The translations under genes were made by a program, and so were the position numbers. From contig NC_087251.1 in NCBI RefSeq assembly GCF_037042905.1, forward strand, positions 33,606,001-33,670,000: a DNA stretch of 64,000 bases, in the 5' to 3' direction. The first letter of the stretch is position 1, and each line of letters begins with the position of its first letter. A model generated the notes under the pieces. That model saw only the letters and a program-made list of their open reading frames with translations. It was not told the origin of the DNA and searched no databases. This DNA comes from Lytechinus pictus. Taxonomy: Eukaryota. Of this stretch, positions 26,895 through 39,726 are shown in pieces.

Positions 26895-28619
26895 TAGGAG
26901 TGGGCTATACATGGGTCAAAAATACTTTTTTTGTAATTTCAATATGACAACAGTTTTTTTTTATTCCTTGTAATGTATCTCAACATGAAATGACAATATT
27001 TTTTGTCTCGGGTCCGAGAAAAAAGTGTGCCGGGCCAAAATCCAAAATGTCCGCCAAAAGCCACCAAAATCACAGTTTTGGCCACAACTTCTTTATTTGG
27101 TGGTCTTTTTCTCTGGTTTTGGTGTCTATTCATATGTTTTTTGGGGCAGGCAATTTGTTTTTCCTATGATTAGTACTTTTAAACCATTATTTGTAGAGTT
27201 AAAAGGTAATTATACCTAAATTTTCAAATTTTTATAGTTTTTTTTCAGCCAAAAAGTAGGTTTTATCGTCCTGGGGTTCTTGGATATTAGATTGTACGAG
27301 GTCAACAATAGAAAGCAGCTTCATATAGCTATATTGCTTTTATTCCTCTACTTTGGGTTTTACGGATATTTGTGAAATATATATCTTATTGAATAAAAAT
27401 GTCAATTATCCATTGGGCCTATACAGTACATATATACAATGTACTGTACATACTGCACTGCATAAATGCATTGGCCACCATGACAGCTAACAACGCCTGT
27501 ACAAACTATAGTGTCATAGAAATGAGCTCTCAGGTTTAGAATTAGATGCCTCAGAAATTGAAGATATGTTTTGTCTCAGAAATTGAGGACGTTTTGTCAA
27601 ATATGCTAATTCAGGGGGCGGAGAGAGGTAATTAACCCCACATCATGGCATTTACACTGTAGCTATTCTGGTCCCCGTTGCATAAAAATTTACCATTATG
27701 TTAACTTAACTTAATGGTAACTTGCATTGAATCCTTGATTCTGATTTGCTGTTGATCAGCGTTACCATGATATTTAACTGACCCCATAAATATAGGCCAG
27801 TTTAGACACCACAACCAGGTAAAAAAAAGCCTCCAAATGGAGAAGATATGGTTAAAAATGTGATGTACGTATATGATATACATGTATATGTGATATTTTT
27901 GTGCAATTTACGTTGCTGGTTTTATCATGTATTATACATCAGCTGACAAGCAATCAAATGCACAATTCACAATCTAATTCTAAACATTAGGAGCTCATTT
28001 CTATGACTCTAGTTTATATACAGTCCTTTTCATATGTCATGGTGGTTAATGCATGGATATATGCAGTGTAGTATGTACAGTACAGTGCATTGTATACCGT
28101 ATAGCCCCTATGGATAAATGACATTTTCTTTTATTTGATAAGATATATTTAGCAAATATCCGTAAAAACCCAAAGTAGAGGAATAAAAGCAATTTAGCTA
28201 TATAAAGCTGCCTGCTACTGTTCAACTGGTATCGTCTAATATTCAAGAACCACATAATGATGAAATCTACTTTTTGGCTGAAAAAATGGCTTTAAAAAGT
28301 GGTAAATTTAAGTAAAATCACCTTATAACTACAAATAATGATTTAAAAGTACTAAGTTTAGGAAAAACATATTCCCTGCCCCCAGAAACATATGAATAGA
28401 CACCAAAACCAGAGAAAAAGACCATCAAATAAAAAAGTTGTGGCCCAAAATGTGATTTTGGGGGGTTTTGGCGGCCATTTTGGATTTTGGCCCGGCACAC
28501 TTTTTTCTCGGACCCGAGACAAAAAATATTGTCATTTCATGTTGAGATAAGGTAAAAGGAACACAAAAAAACTGTTGTCACAGTAAAACTAAAAATCACC
28601 CATTTATAGCCCACTCCTA
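26895..28619. mobile_element. Foldback non-autonomous hAT-like transposon (1725 bp) with ~650-bp inverted arms and 7-bp TSD
   Basis: Termini TAGGAGTGGGCTATA / TATAGCCCACTCCTA, with ATTATAA at 26888-26894 and 28620-28626. Arms at about 26895-27546 and 27972-28619 are diverged reverse complements. The mirror ORFs 27025(+) and 28500(-) derive from them. Confidence 0.88.
27670..27780. mobile_element. Partial Harbinger-like MITE nested in the foldback spacer
   Basis: ctggtccccgttgcataaaa ... atggtaact ... aatccttgattctgatttgct, similar to 8845-8987. Confidence 0.5.
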
Positions 28620-31600
28620 ATTATAAAAGAAAGAAACTGCTTCACAAATCATTGAATACTGGGGCTCCAATAATAATGAGATGGGGGGGGGGCGACTAGT
28701 GGGAGAAATTCAATATGTCCAAAGTCGGACAAGGGAGTAGGCAACATTGAGTTTGTTTTGCCATTCTAAAGCAGTGCATGTGCACAATATCACTCTTCAA
28801 ATATTTGATGAGAGCTTGCCAAGCAAAGAGAGAGAGAGAGGGGGGGGGGGGAGAAGAACTGCTATGAACGACAGGCAAAGGAAGACGAAACATTTAGGGA
28901 TGCAGTCATGTTTTTCCAGCGATAAATGCGACTATGTACATACAAGCGATGCGAGGGATGGCGTGTCGCTGTCATTGTGGTGGAGCATCGTCAGGGCCAG
29001 GCATAGAGAGATATAGACACAGGGAACCAGGTACAAAACTAAACAGCGCAAGATTGGCTCATATTGGCAGGGGAAGGAGAATGATCAATTCTGTGGCCGT
29101 GCGATTGCGGGATGCGAGCTGTCAAGAGTCATCTTCACTGCCATTACTCTTCCAAGGGATGAAGATGGGAGATGGACCATAGTCTTCATTCGCAGACTCA
29201 TTTTTCAAAGATCATCTGCTTAATTAACATGACAATACTGTTTCATGTTGAAATTAAGCCCAAGACGATACGCCTTTGCTAGATACTGAACTCATAAAAA
29301 ACTAACCCTCTTTTAAGTGTGAATGGAAAACAGATCATGAAGAGAAATTACATCAATAGACTAGATTTACATATTATCTGGATATCTTGTCTAATAATTG
29401 TAATAAAAGTAGGTTTAATATGAGTCTAAATGTAAAACAGAATAAACCTATTTCAAACGGCATAAAAATCAAACAAGTTAAATAATAGCCTATATGTAGA
29501 AAGTGAGAGCTCTGCGAACTTCATATTTCATTTAGACTTCAAGACAAACTGCTTCATAAAAATAATCAAATTTGCAATTGTTCAGGAAAATCCTTAAGAC
29601 ACCAAGGTAATGTACATGAAGATGACCCAATTACACCTTGCACATTCTGCAACAGGAATTAGTAAATGCTCTTCATTCTCAGTTGCTTGCCATGGATACA
29701 GGGCTGCATAGGACAGACTAATTTAACTCCTGGCTAACATCCCCCTTCATATATGCTCTAGCATTGCAAGGCATGACTTGCCTGTTCCGATTGCAATTTC
29801 GGATTTATTTTCTCATTTCATCACAGCCTTGGTCGACTATAATCTTCGTAGCAGGCTGCCCGAGGGCCTGCGTTATTTGTCAGGCAATTGTAACTTAGCT
29901 TTACCTATAGCAGGCAACATGCGTGCTTCTTCTTTAAAGAACTTGTCTGCGTCTGTCACCACCTACCCCACCCCTGATTGATGTAGGCGGGGTAAGATGT
30001 TCTTGAGATGTTCTGGGTCATGTTTCGGTTACATCAACCCCTAAACCAATTTAATATCATATTAGTATGTCAACCTTGACGTACATCAAAGTGACTCATT
30101 GTAATCACAATACGCAACCCACCTAGGACAATGTGACAATGCCTGTCACTCAAACAAGCTTGGTTCTGGTCATCTTTCATACAGCACAGAACCCAAGTTC
30201 AGATTGGAGGATAAATGGCAACAACCACACTGATGGCGTTGTCAGGGTCCTTGCAATCCTATCTACCTCAACAACCCTTTTCAGAGGTGACTTCCCCTAC
30301 ACAGGGTCAAACTCGGAGCAATAGATCACTGCATTGAATTAGAATACCTTCTTGTTTATGAAACCAAACAAATGATATTTAAAACATAAGCAAAATAACA
30401 TCATTCATGAGAGTAATATAAAATGAGAGAACCAGGGATTCTCATAATTCCCTGGAGATATAGAGCAGAGGGCAATTTATTATTACTTCTGATATCTTAT
30501 CCATTTTAATGGCATTTGAATCATTGAAATGGATCTGAATTCCGAACCAACACTCTCAGATGTTTGATACAAGGCAGAAACCAGCACCTTATGAAATGAT
30601 GAAAAAACACAGAACATTCTTGAGAAATCAACTTTGAGTCCCCCATCTTCATTTCAAAGTGTAAAATGAAACTGAATTTTGTAGCCAGCAAGAAATCATG
30701 TTAACGCAGTTCATGCGTAGTTTAGAAAATGGAATCAAGTGGATATTACCCTGAGCGCAACATACAAAAACGTGTTTCTCCCGTTCCTTTCCCTCAAAGG
30801 GAAGGGAAATAGGGTTGAACTCCATGGCAGAAAACATTGTCAAGCGACTGCCAGAAGGGCGTTGGAGAACCTACTTTAACATGCATGCAGTGTCTTTCTA
30901 GCTTCTAGGAGACAATATGCAATTCACAGCATGAAGTCTTGTTCAACAGAGAGGTTCAAGTATGCCAGCTCGCCTAAAGCTCAACAGCCACTCCGAAAAA
31001 GGAAAATTCCCTGTTCCAAATACATGTACAGTATGTAGAAGGGAAAAGATATCTTCCGACTAAACATGACTTACAAATGGATTAGGTGGGTATATATGGA
31101 TTTGACGATGGCTCTATTGCAGCATCGCCTTCCTCAAAAAGGGTGATACATGTACATACAATGAAGTATTCATCAGAATGAAGTTGGTGTTCTAGCTACA
31201 GCTGATCTAATGAATTAGTCCAATTACAGAATATCAGACTTATTTTTAGTTCTGGCCTACTATTTTTATCAAATGTTATCCTAAACACCTTGGACTTACT
31301 TCCCAAATAGCCCGCTATTTTGGCTGGGTGTCTTGGCCTAGCGTCATATCATTTTTACACACCACTAATTTGTAAAATAACAATAGCTGAAATTTGAGTT
31401 TGGGTGAATGTCACAAATGGATGAATATTTGTTAATCCTCTAAAGGCAATAGAACCAAATTGAGCTTGCTTCTCACCAACAGTCTAAAAGAGGAGAGGAG
31501 AGACCGTTATTGGCTGGCAACTCACACAGGTGAACTTTGTGTTTGCTGGGGTTACTTCCTATCAAATAAACACATGACACTGATATTGCCAACAGTGATT

Positions 31601-34600
31601 TATTCAAACCAACCTCTCTCTCCAAAAAAAAAAAATGAAACACACATACCACTTGCGCAAACACTTGAACTTTCCACGTTCAAATGGAAAAGGCTTCCAG
31701 CACCACAATTTCAAACTTTCCCACAAGGAACTTCTTGAACAATTTTCATTTGAAATAAAAAGATAGAGGATGGAGGCCAAAGTCTAGGTTTGAATATTAA
31801 TATGCCCAAGGACTTCATATGTGCCTCCCTATAAACCTATATTATTAATGGTTCATTCAGACTACACAACTTCATTGTATAGAATCATACAGCTTAACTA
31901 TTTCATCATATATGGATGTCTCTGACACTAATTTCAATCAGAAAATAAAACAAAAGAAAAAAGTTTTAACATTAAATGAAGTCTATTCTATAGTCCCTAT
32001 GTACAATTATATAGGAGCCACAAACATAAAACATCATTTTTTCTTTTACAAAAAAAGTATTATATCAATTTCTTTGGTGTGAATAAAGCAGAAACAGGAC
32101 AAAAGTGGTTCAAGAAAAACAAGTGGTCCTTACTGCTGTGAGCCTCTTAATCATGATGAAGAAGATTGGCTATGAATTTTCTTTTATACTGTCTAATACA
32201 TTGCATAAAAGAAATGTTTTAAGTGTAATAACTGGACAAGGAATGACACAGAACCAGGTTATATTTGTGACAGGAAAAAAAATATGATAAACAGTTCAAA
32301 TGTTACCATAGATCTTTAAAAAGATGTTCACTACAATGTTGTAGCAATGTTGTTTTTATCGCAAATCTCAATACACTGACTGTAACAAATAGTACATTTT
32401 TTTACCAACAAAAACAAGCAAAAGATTGGTCACCTGTACTTCAAAACTAATGAAAAGGAATTTTAAGTTGATCGTAATTCAATTTGATTAAATATCATGA
32501 GTTACAATGCCCTGTTCATGTAAATATCTTGAACTGTATTAAATAGCTGTGTTAGAAAATAAGGGAATTTTATCTGATAAAAATTCATTAGTTTTAAAAT
32601 TAACATTTACAAAAGACCGAATGGACTAAATTAATTGTTTATTCATTAACCTTGAAGCAATATATTCATTCAATCAAGTTCTCAACTTGTCTACATACCA
32701 GCCATAATCCAATATGCCAACAAAATGAATTTGAATTTGATCATTAAACCCAGAACATTTCAAAGCAACCGGTATTATTAATCTATGTTCATAATTCTAC
32801 TATGCCCATGCAATTGTGAACCAGATGTTCTGAATTTCTGCATCCTTATTTTGCTCTTAAAAAACAAGTAAAATAGCCAGGCCACTAACCAAGATCACTG
32901 ATGCATGTGCACATTCTTTTCATTATACATCCACCACCGTCCAATCAGAATCATTGTTCAATTAATTGACCATAAATCTTTATGTCCCAGGGCCCTAATT
33001 AACCTTACATCTTGACCAGTTAACAATAAACTGGAAGAAAATAAATATCTATTTGAGTTGATACCAGTAGATGTCAGTGCTTGCAGTTAGACAGAAGAAA
33101 TGCAAATTTCTATGGAATAAAACATTGATAAAAACACATTTTTCCTAAATCACATATATACTGTACCTGTACTACACAAGCAATTATTTATATTTCGAGG
33201 TATAGAGAAAAAACATACAGGTTTATATCTGTAAAATGAACTTCCTAAAGTTTTATATTAGATTTTCAGAAGTGCTGCAAGATGGTGAATGGGCCATCAA
33301 CATCCGAAAGGGAAAATATTTTTAATTATTTCTAGCAACCTTTAACATGCAAAGGGATTGCAGCATCTCTAGGATAGCAAGTGAGACATGTTGAGAGTTG
33401 ATATATTATTGTTGATTATGTAAAGAAAATGCATCGGATATATGCTAATTATCTTACATATTCCTGTGGAAATGTGTTTATCTGGATATAGCATGATAAT
33501 ATAGATAATGAAGATAATAATTATTATTGTCAAAATAAATAGATTCATTGAATGACAAAATACTTGCTTGACCGACAACAAACATTACAATTTCTATTAG
33601 AAAAAAAATATATTACTATTCCCCCACTGATAGATTAGGTACATGTATTCATTGATTTGATTGATTTCAAAGTGTAATTAATAAACAACAAAAGTAAGGA
33701 TATCTTATATTCCTCATATGCAACACAAGATATTATTATTCAGACCAGTACGACCAGCTGACATAATCTAAATGCTCCTTAATGTAAAATCACATGATTT
33801 TCATCAAATACTTCAGAACATAAGTTAACGATTTCTATAAATAATTAATAATATGATTCCATCATCATCACACACCCATTTCATGGAACTGGGTCTGCGT
33901 TTTTTTCATGATCTATGGAGCAAAATTCGTGATCACGTATTAAAGCCACGACATCAGTGGTAAAATCACAGATATTACACGATGTGCATGCAAATGTGCC
34001 TTGCAGATCACAAAAAACCCTCAAACAAGGGGAGAAAAGGGAGCGGGGCTGAGCAAACGTTCAGAAAACCCACTCTGCCCCGGGGCTACGGCCGAGAACA
34101 AGCGCTCTGCACTGAAGGAGTCGCACCAAGAGAGAAAGAGCGCTGCTCTACCGTGCAGGCCCACAGCCCCCACCAACAACATAAGGAAAACGATAGCCAA
34201 ACAAGGCACATGAACTCCTGACCCTCGCTGAAGACCAACAACTCAACACACACAAAAAAGAGAGGGAACAGGGAGGAGGAGAAAGAAAGAAATAACTAGA
34301 ACTTGGACTTGCAAGGAATTCGGGCTTTAACACAGGCAATGAAAATTGACAATTTAATACAGTTAATGTATTGTACACTTTCAAATGATGAGATCATTTG
34401 TGGCAAGCAATAGCATACAGTATTCAAATGTGAATTTCATCTTCCAACAAACACATTTATTTTCAATGATAAATATTTTGGAAAAGAAATATATGCCACT
34501 GTCACTTTGCCCAAATAGTCTTTTTCTGTAAAGTTACATTGAAGTACAGAGGCTAAAAAGTATTATCTAAAACTTACAAATAGCAATGATTGATGTGTCA

Positions 34601-37600
34601 ATTCTAAGCATGCTGATTAGATTATTGTTTTTTATAACCTACATAATACATCAACACATTTTTATGTGTAACTGCCAGAAAAAAAAAATATTTAGAATAA
34701 TCAAAATATGTGTAATGTGAGAAAAAATATTTTTATTAAAAAATAGAAATTGACCCATCAAGACAGTGAAAAGTGATGGATTCAACATGCATAGCATTTT
34801 AAATGTGACCACAGCTCTAGTGCTACAATTAAAAGTGTTATGTTTATAAATCAAATTTCTCTTTGTGAGAAAACTGATTATTAACTTTTTGATATTTTAT
34901 TTACGACCCAAGGAATACCCTTTTTCTGATAAATAAAATCTTGGTATTATATACAAGCTTTTATACAAGCTTTTTTTATTTTATTTTTGTAGATATATGT
35001 TATACATATTTAGAGCATCACTGTCCTAAGTCATTCTCCACTAACAATACAGCAAGCATTACACTGTCTCCCCCCACCATCGCTACACAAATTGACTTAA
35101 TGACATTCAGTCCTACACTATCACTCGCACGACATCTTTGCCTAATTTAATACGCAAAACATTCAGAAAAAATTATCCTCCCGCGCTTCGGATCATGAAC
35201 GTGTGCCAGCGCATGCACGCACGTATGGACATACATGTAGATTATATTCCCTGTGGTAAATGATGGAATATCATTTGTTCTACAGGGGGGGTATATACAT
35301 GTATATGTGACTATATTTGTAACACATGTTTCAAAAATTTATTATGAAGCATCATATGTAGTGCCTTCATGTTATCCTGCAACCAATAATAAACCGACCC
35401 TACTAGAATTTTTTTTTAATGAAGTGAGTGGACTGATGAATATATAAAATGTTCATATGTCTTCACTATTAATATAATTTTTTTCATTTTCTTTTATAAT
35501 TAGAACAGCACATGGATAAATAGAAAATATACAAGGATATTACCAATATAAATGACGATATTATTGGTGATTTAATATGATTGTCCAACTGAATATTTGA
35601 TAATTTCATAAATATGTTGCAAAATGAAATTAATATCTCTACAAAAGCTTTTCCACTAAGTAGTATATCATCCATTATAAATACTTCATTACAAATTTAT
35701 TATAAACTTCAATAATAGTGAATAATTTATCCTCAACCTTTTATATAAGCCTTCTTTTATCACATCAAATACTTTTAAAACTTAATCATATGAATAAACC
35801 CCATTTTACCCAGCAAACCCATTTAAAGCTTGCTCAATAGAGGGTAAATATATATATATTTCATACCCATGATATACTTCTGTCCAGAGTTAATGGTGGG
35901 CCTACTAATGGCAGGCAAGCATGTAAGAGTGATGGCCTGTAAGTTAACACTGAGCCAATTTAGAATGCAAGCTAAATGAACCACTATAAACAAACCCACA
36001 ATATTCCCTGAATTATTGATCACAGCTGCTGCTCTGGCACATGCTTCTAATTACAATATCAATTTCCAATTTAGTGGGTGATCAATTGCTAGCCCCGTGT
36101 TTGATGTTAGAGCATGTTATCGTAGTTTAGTTCCATTCCTTGCGCTTTGGCAGACCACAGGGGTAATGTCAAGGGGAAAAAACTCATAACCTATTTGCAA
36201 GTGTATTCTAATCAAGATATTAGCACAATGCATTAATCTTGTTTTATTATTGAAAGGTCAATTCGTATGTGGTATCACGGGCCTAAAACATTTCCCTTAG
36301 ACTCGTGTGTTAAAGTGGCACTTCGAAAAAATTCATTAAAAATATGGATGAAATCCGAGGGTTGAATGTTTATCTGACATTCCATATCTGACCAGAAAAG
36401 GGTACCTCGACCGGCTCATTTTAAAAAATAAATCGGCATTTATGAAGACTACACCTGAAAGGATCAAATTCATCACTTGCGACAGTAAAAGTGCCCTACT
36501 TCTTCCACCAGTAACAAAAATAGTTCCAAAGTGGTGATATATCTTCCCAATTTGGAAAAAGGAAGTTCAGTAGTTACCCTCCCTAGAATCAGTGTTAGAT
36601 TGTTAATCATATTCATTCATTTTTGTCAATCAGCAATATCAAAATTTAAAAATCGAGAATGGGTTGGCTCGAATGGATATCTTTGGCCTGCCAGTTGTAA
36701 TTACGCCTGTGTAACATGGTACAGATTGTACACAAGCTTGGAGCAAAAGACAGGTCTCAACTGCATACATGCACTGTATAGTACTTCTCTCAGTACATCT
36801 CTCCCACTTTTTGCGATTTTTTTCTTTCTCTTTATCCCTTTCACTATTTATCTCACGAATCTATCCCCAATTTTAAGTTTTTAACCCCCCCCCTCCCCTT
36901 AAAAATTTTGGGAAAAAAAAATTATCCTCCACGACTGATCAGCCCAAGATATGTGGGATCTGATTATCTATAAATACAGTAGGGTTCATGGGGGGAAAAA
37001 CACGCCGAGCACCACCCCCTTCCCCATCATAAAAAGGTCATGAAAATAGCTCTAGTAAGTAAAAAAAAAAAAGTCCCCATTTAGATTGAACATATAAGTG
37101 TGTCATCTACAGAAGAAAGGGGGGAAATTCATATTATATTTTAAATACAAAAATACCCCCCCCCCCCTTGGGTAACCCAAGATTTTCCATTAAACAAACA
37201 GATTAGATAAATGAAAGGCAAATATATGATAAGACTATAAACTAAAACTAGGTAAGCCCAACCATTTATCATAATTTACATAATTTATTTGGGAGCAATT
37301 ATAATACCCCTCCCCTTCTATTTTACAATAAGGCACACATATATTTTTCCCCAGCGTTAAATGGCAAATCATAAACATATCAACCATTTTCTCAAAAGCA
37401 ATGTAGACAAATTTGGGTCTAAAATGAGAAATGTAAAATAATTCCATATGAAACTGCTCATTGTTCAGTATAAACTATAGAAGTGGGTTGAGTTCATGTA
37501 CAATTATACCCAAAGACTGGTACACACCTAAAATGTATGCCATGTTATCAAAATAAGTCATAACTACATGACTGATCATGACCACAATTATGCAAATATT

Positions 37601-39726
37601 ATTATGAATACACATACACAAGAAATATTTCATGTAATTAATTCCACACTTCAATGAATATTTGCTCTCTTATGCTCCACAGCGCTTCACATGTGTTTCT
37701 TTCAAACGCTCTGTTTTTATTCAATTCAAATCAAGGTAATTGTTAATTTCAGTTATGTGCTGAGAATGAAAAAGAGAAATTGTAGATTCACAAGAATGTT
37801 GCACAATACATTTTGAGATCTAATATTATACAAATGATGTTATAGGTTTAGGGCATGTGATAACATTTTGACAATATTCCCTCTTACAAAATCGTTGACA
37901 GCAATGACTGGACGTCAACAGTGGACGAACAAATAAAGAAAATGGGAAAATGAGTACCAAAAGGAGAGAGAGAGAGAAAAGAAAAAACCCACAGATGTAG
38001 GAGTATTTCTATGATATTATTTTCAATATACTGCCCAACCCAAAATAGATGCACACTGTATGATTGACTCGTTGAGCAGTGATAAGGGAGAGAGAGTGAG
38101 GTTACCCATACCCTCAAGTCAAATTGAGTTTCAATGAGGAACATGAACGGGCTATGTTATACCGGTGTCGCTTTACCGGTTTCCACTTCTTCGACGCCAA
38201 GTCTCATTGCATTGTGAGCCCTGTCGTTGCCAATAAAGGGGCCTTTAAAAGAATAGAGAAAGAAGAACGGAGGCAGGCAGCCATGGATGGAATAGGGTTC
38301 TTCCCCCTTAAGAGGAAAACAGGGGAGAGTGAAAGAAAGAGAAAAGGAATGATTTGTAGATTCCAAATGAAACTGAAATTGGTGGCAGACAGGAAGTCTG
38401 ATTCGTTTCATGTGTATTACGCTTTCATTGAAGGCAGGAACCGGCCAGAGCGTACTGCTTTCCCCCCTCCATCACCACAACAAGCCTTGCAAGGTTCCAG
38501 TGCAACGCTACCGTGGCAGAGAGGAAAAGCATTCGCGTTCCTTTTTCAACTCCTTTTCGCTTGTTTAATTAAAATATAGATGCTGCTTTTCCTTTAAACG
38601 ACTGCCTTTTGACATGACACAATTGTTTATTGGTAGAACACTGATGTAGAAGCACTGTATCCTTTTCCCTGCAATGTGAGCTTTCAGAATATTTTTACTG
38701 GTATCATAACTCTATTCTTACCCGAGCATGGTTTTATTTCTATCTCCTTGATCAAATGTCAGACATCTTGTGTGAAACCAAGTTCATTGCCTTCCAAAAT
38801 GGGTCAAATAGACAGATATAAGGGTAGAAAGTCTAAACTATCAAAAAGTGAGGATTAATTATTGATGGGTTTCCAGGAAAACAAGACAAAAAGAATAGAG
38901 TATTCTGCACACACAAAAAAGGTTATGCACAAATTATCACCAAAAAGAAAACTGTGCAAAATGTGGAGAGCATCATCCTATATTGGAGGAGAGAAATATA
39001 CTATTGCATTCAAGCGAAGATCGGGGAGGGACAGATGTATTTTTTGATTTCTTGCATTCATTTACAGAGAGGGAAGAGAGCATGGGTGGGGGGGTAGAGA
39101 GGGGGCGGGGCAGGGAATAATTTTCCTGGTATCGCATCGCAATTTGCTCCATATTTTTGTATAGCATATTTTTACATAGGACTGTGCAATACTTAGTTGA
39201 GAGCTATTCTCTTATGACCAATAATGCTATTCAATTTTGTAAAGCAAAATTATTCCCTATGGGGGAAGGGAGGGGAGGAAAGGGGTGAGGGGGGGGGGTT
39301 GGCAAACTGAAATCAGCATGAAATAGGTCAGATCATGCTAATCAGGCATACCAGAGTTGTAACTAGAATGTGACGAGTGAATAGTAGCCTATAGATGATG
39401 GTTAAATTGACTTCCCAAGGCTCTTGGGAGTCAAATGTTTTCGTATGTGACCAAAGAGCAGAACCAACATTTACAGCTGCACAGGGAAAAATCACACGGG
39501 GGCTCGGGGTAAATTTGCCCAGAAAATGTCCAAAACAGCCCTGGAAAACTAAAGAAAAAAAGGCGAGCCCTGGAAATTCCTACAGTATCTCATGAAAACT
39601 GTAATACAGTGTGGCAAATATAAGCTGGTGAGCTTATCAAAACAGACCCAGCAAGGTTTTTATTAATATTTTTACTGCAGCTAGATAATGTTACATATCA
39701 TGGCACCATTAAAAAAATCTACCCCT

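Noticed and set aside
38716..38840. Minus-strand exon ending at CGG|GTAAGA
   Set aside because: The acceptor is weak and the frames I checked contain stops, so support is insufficient.
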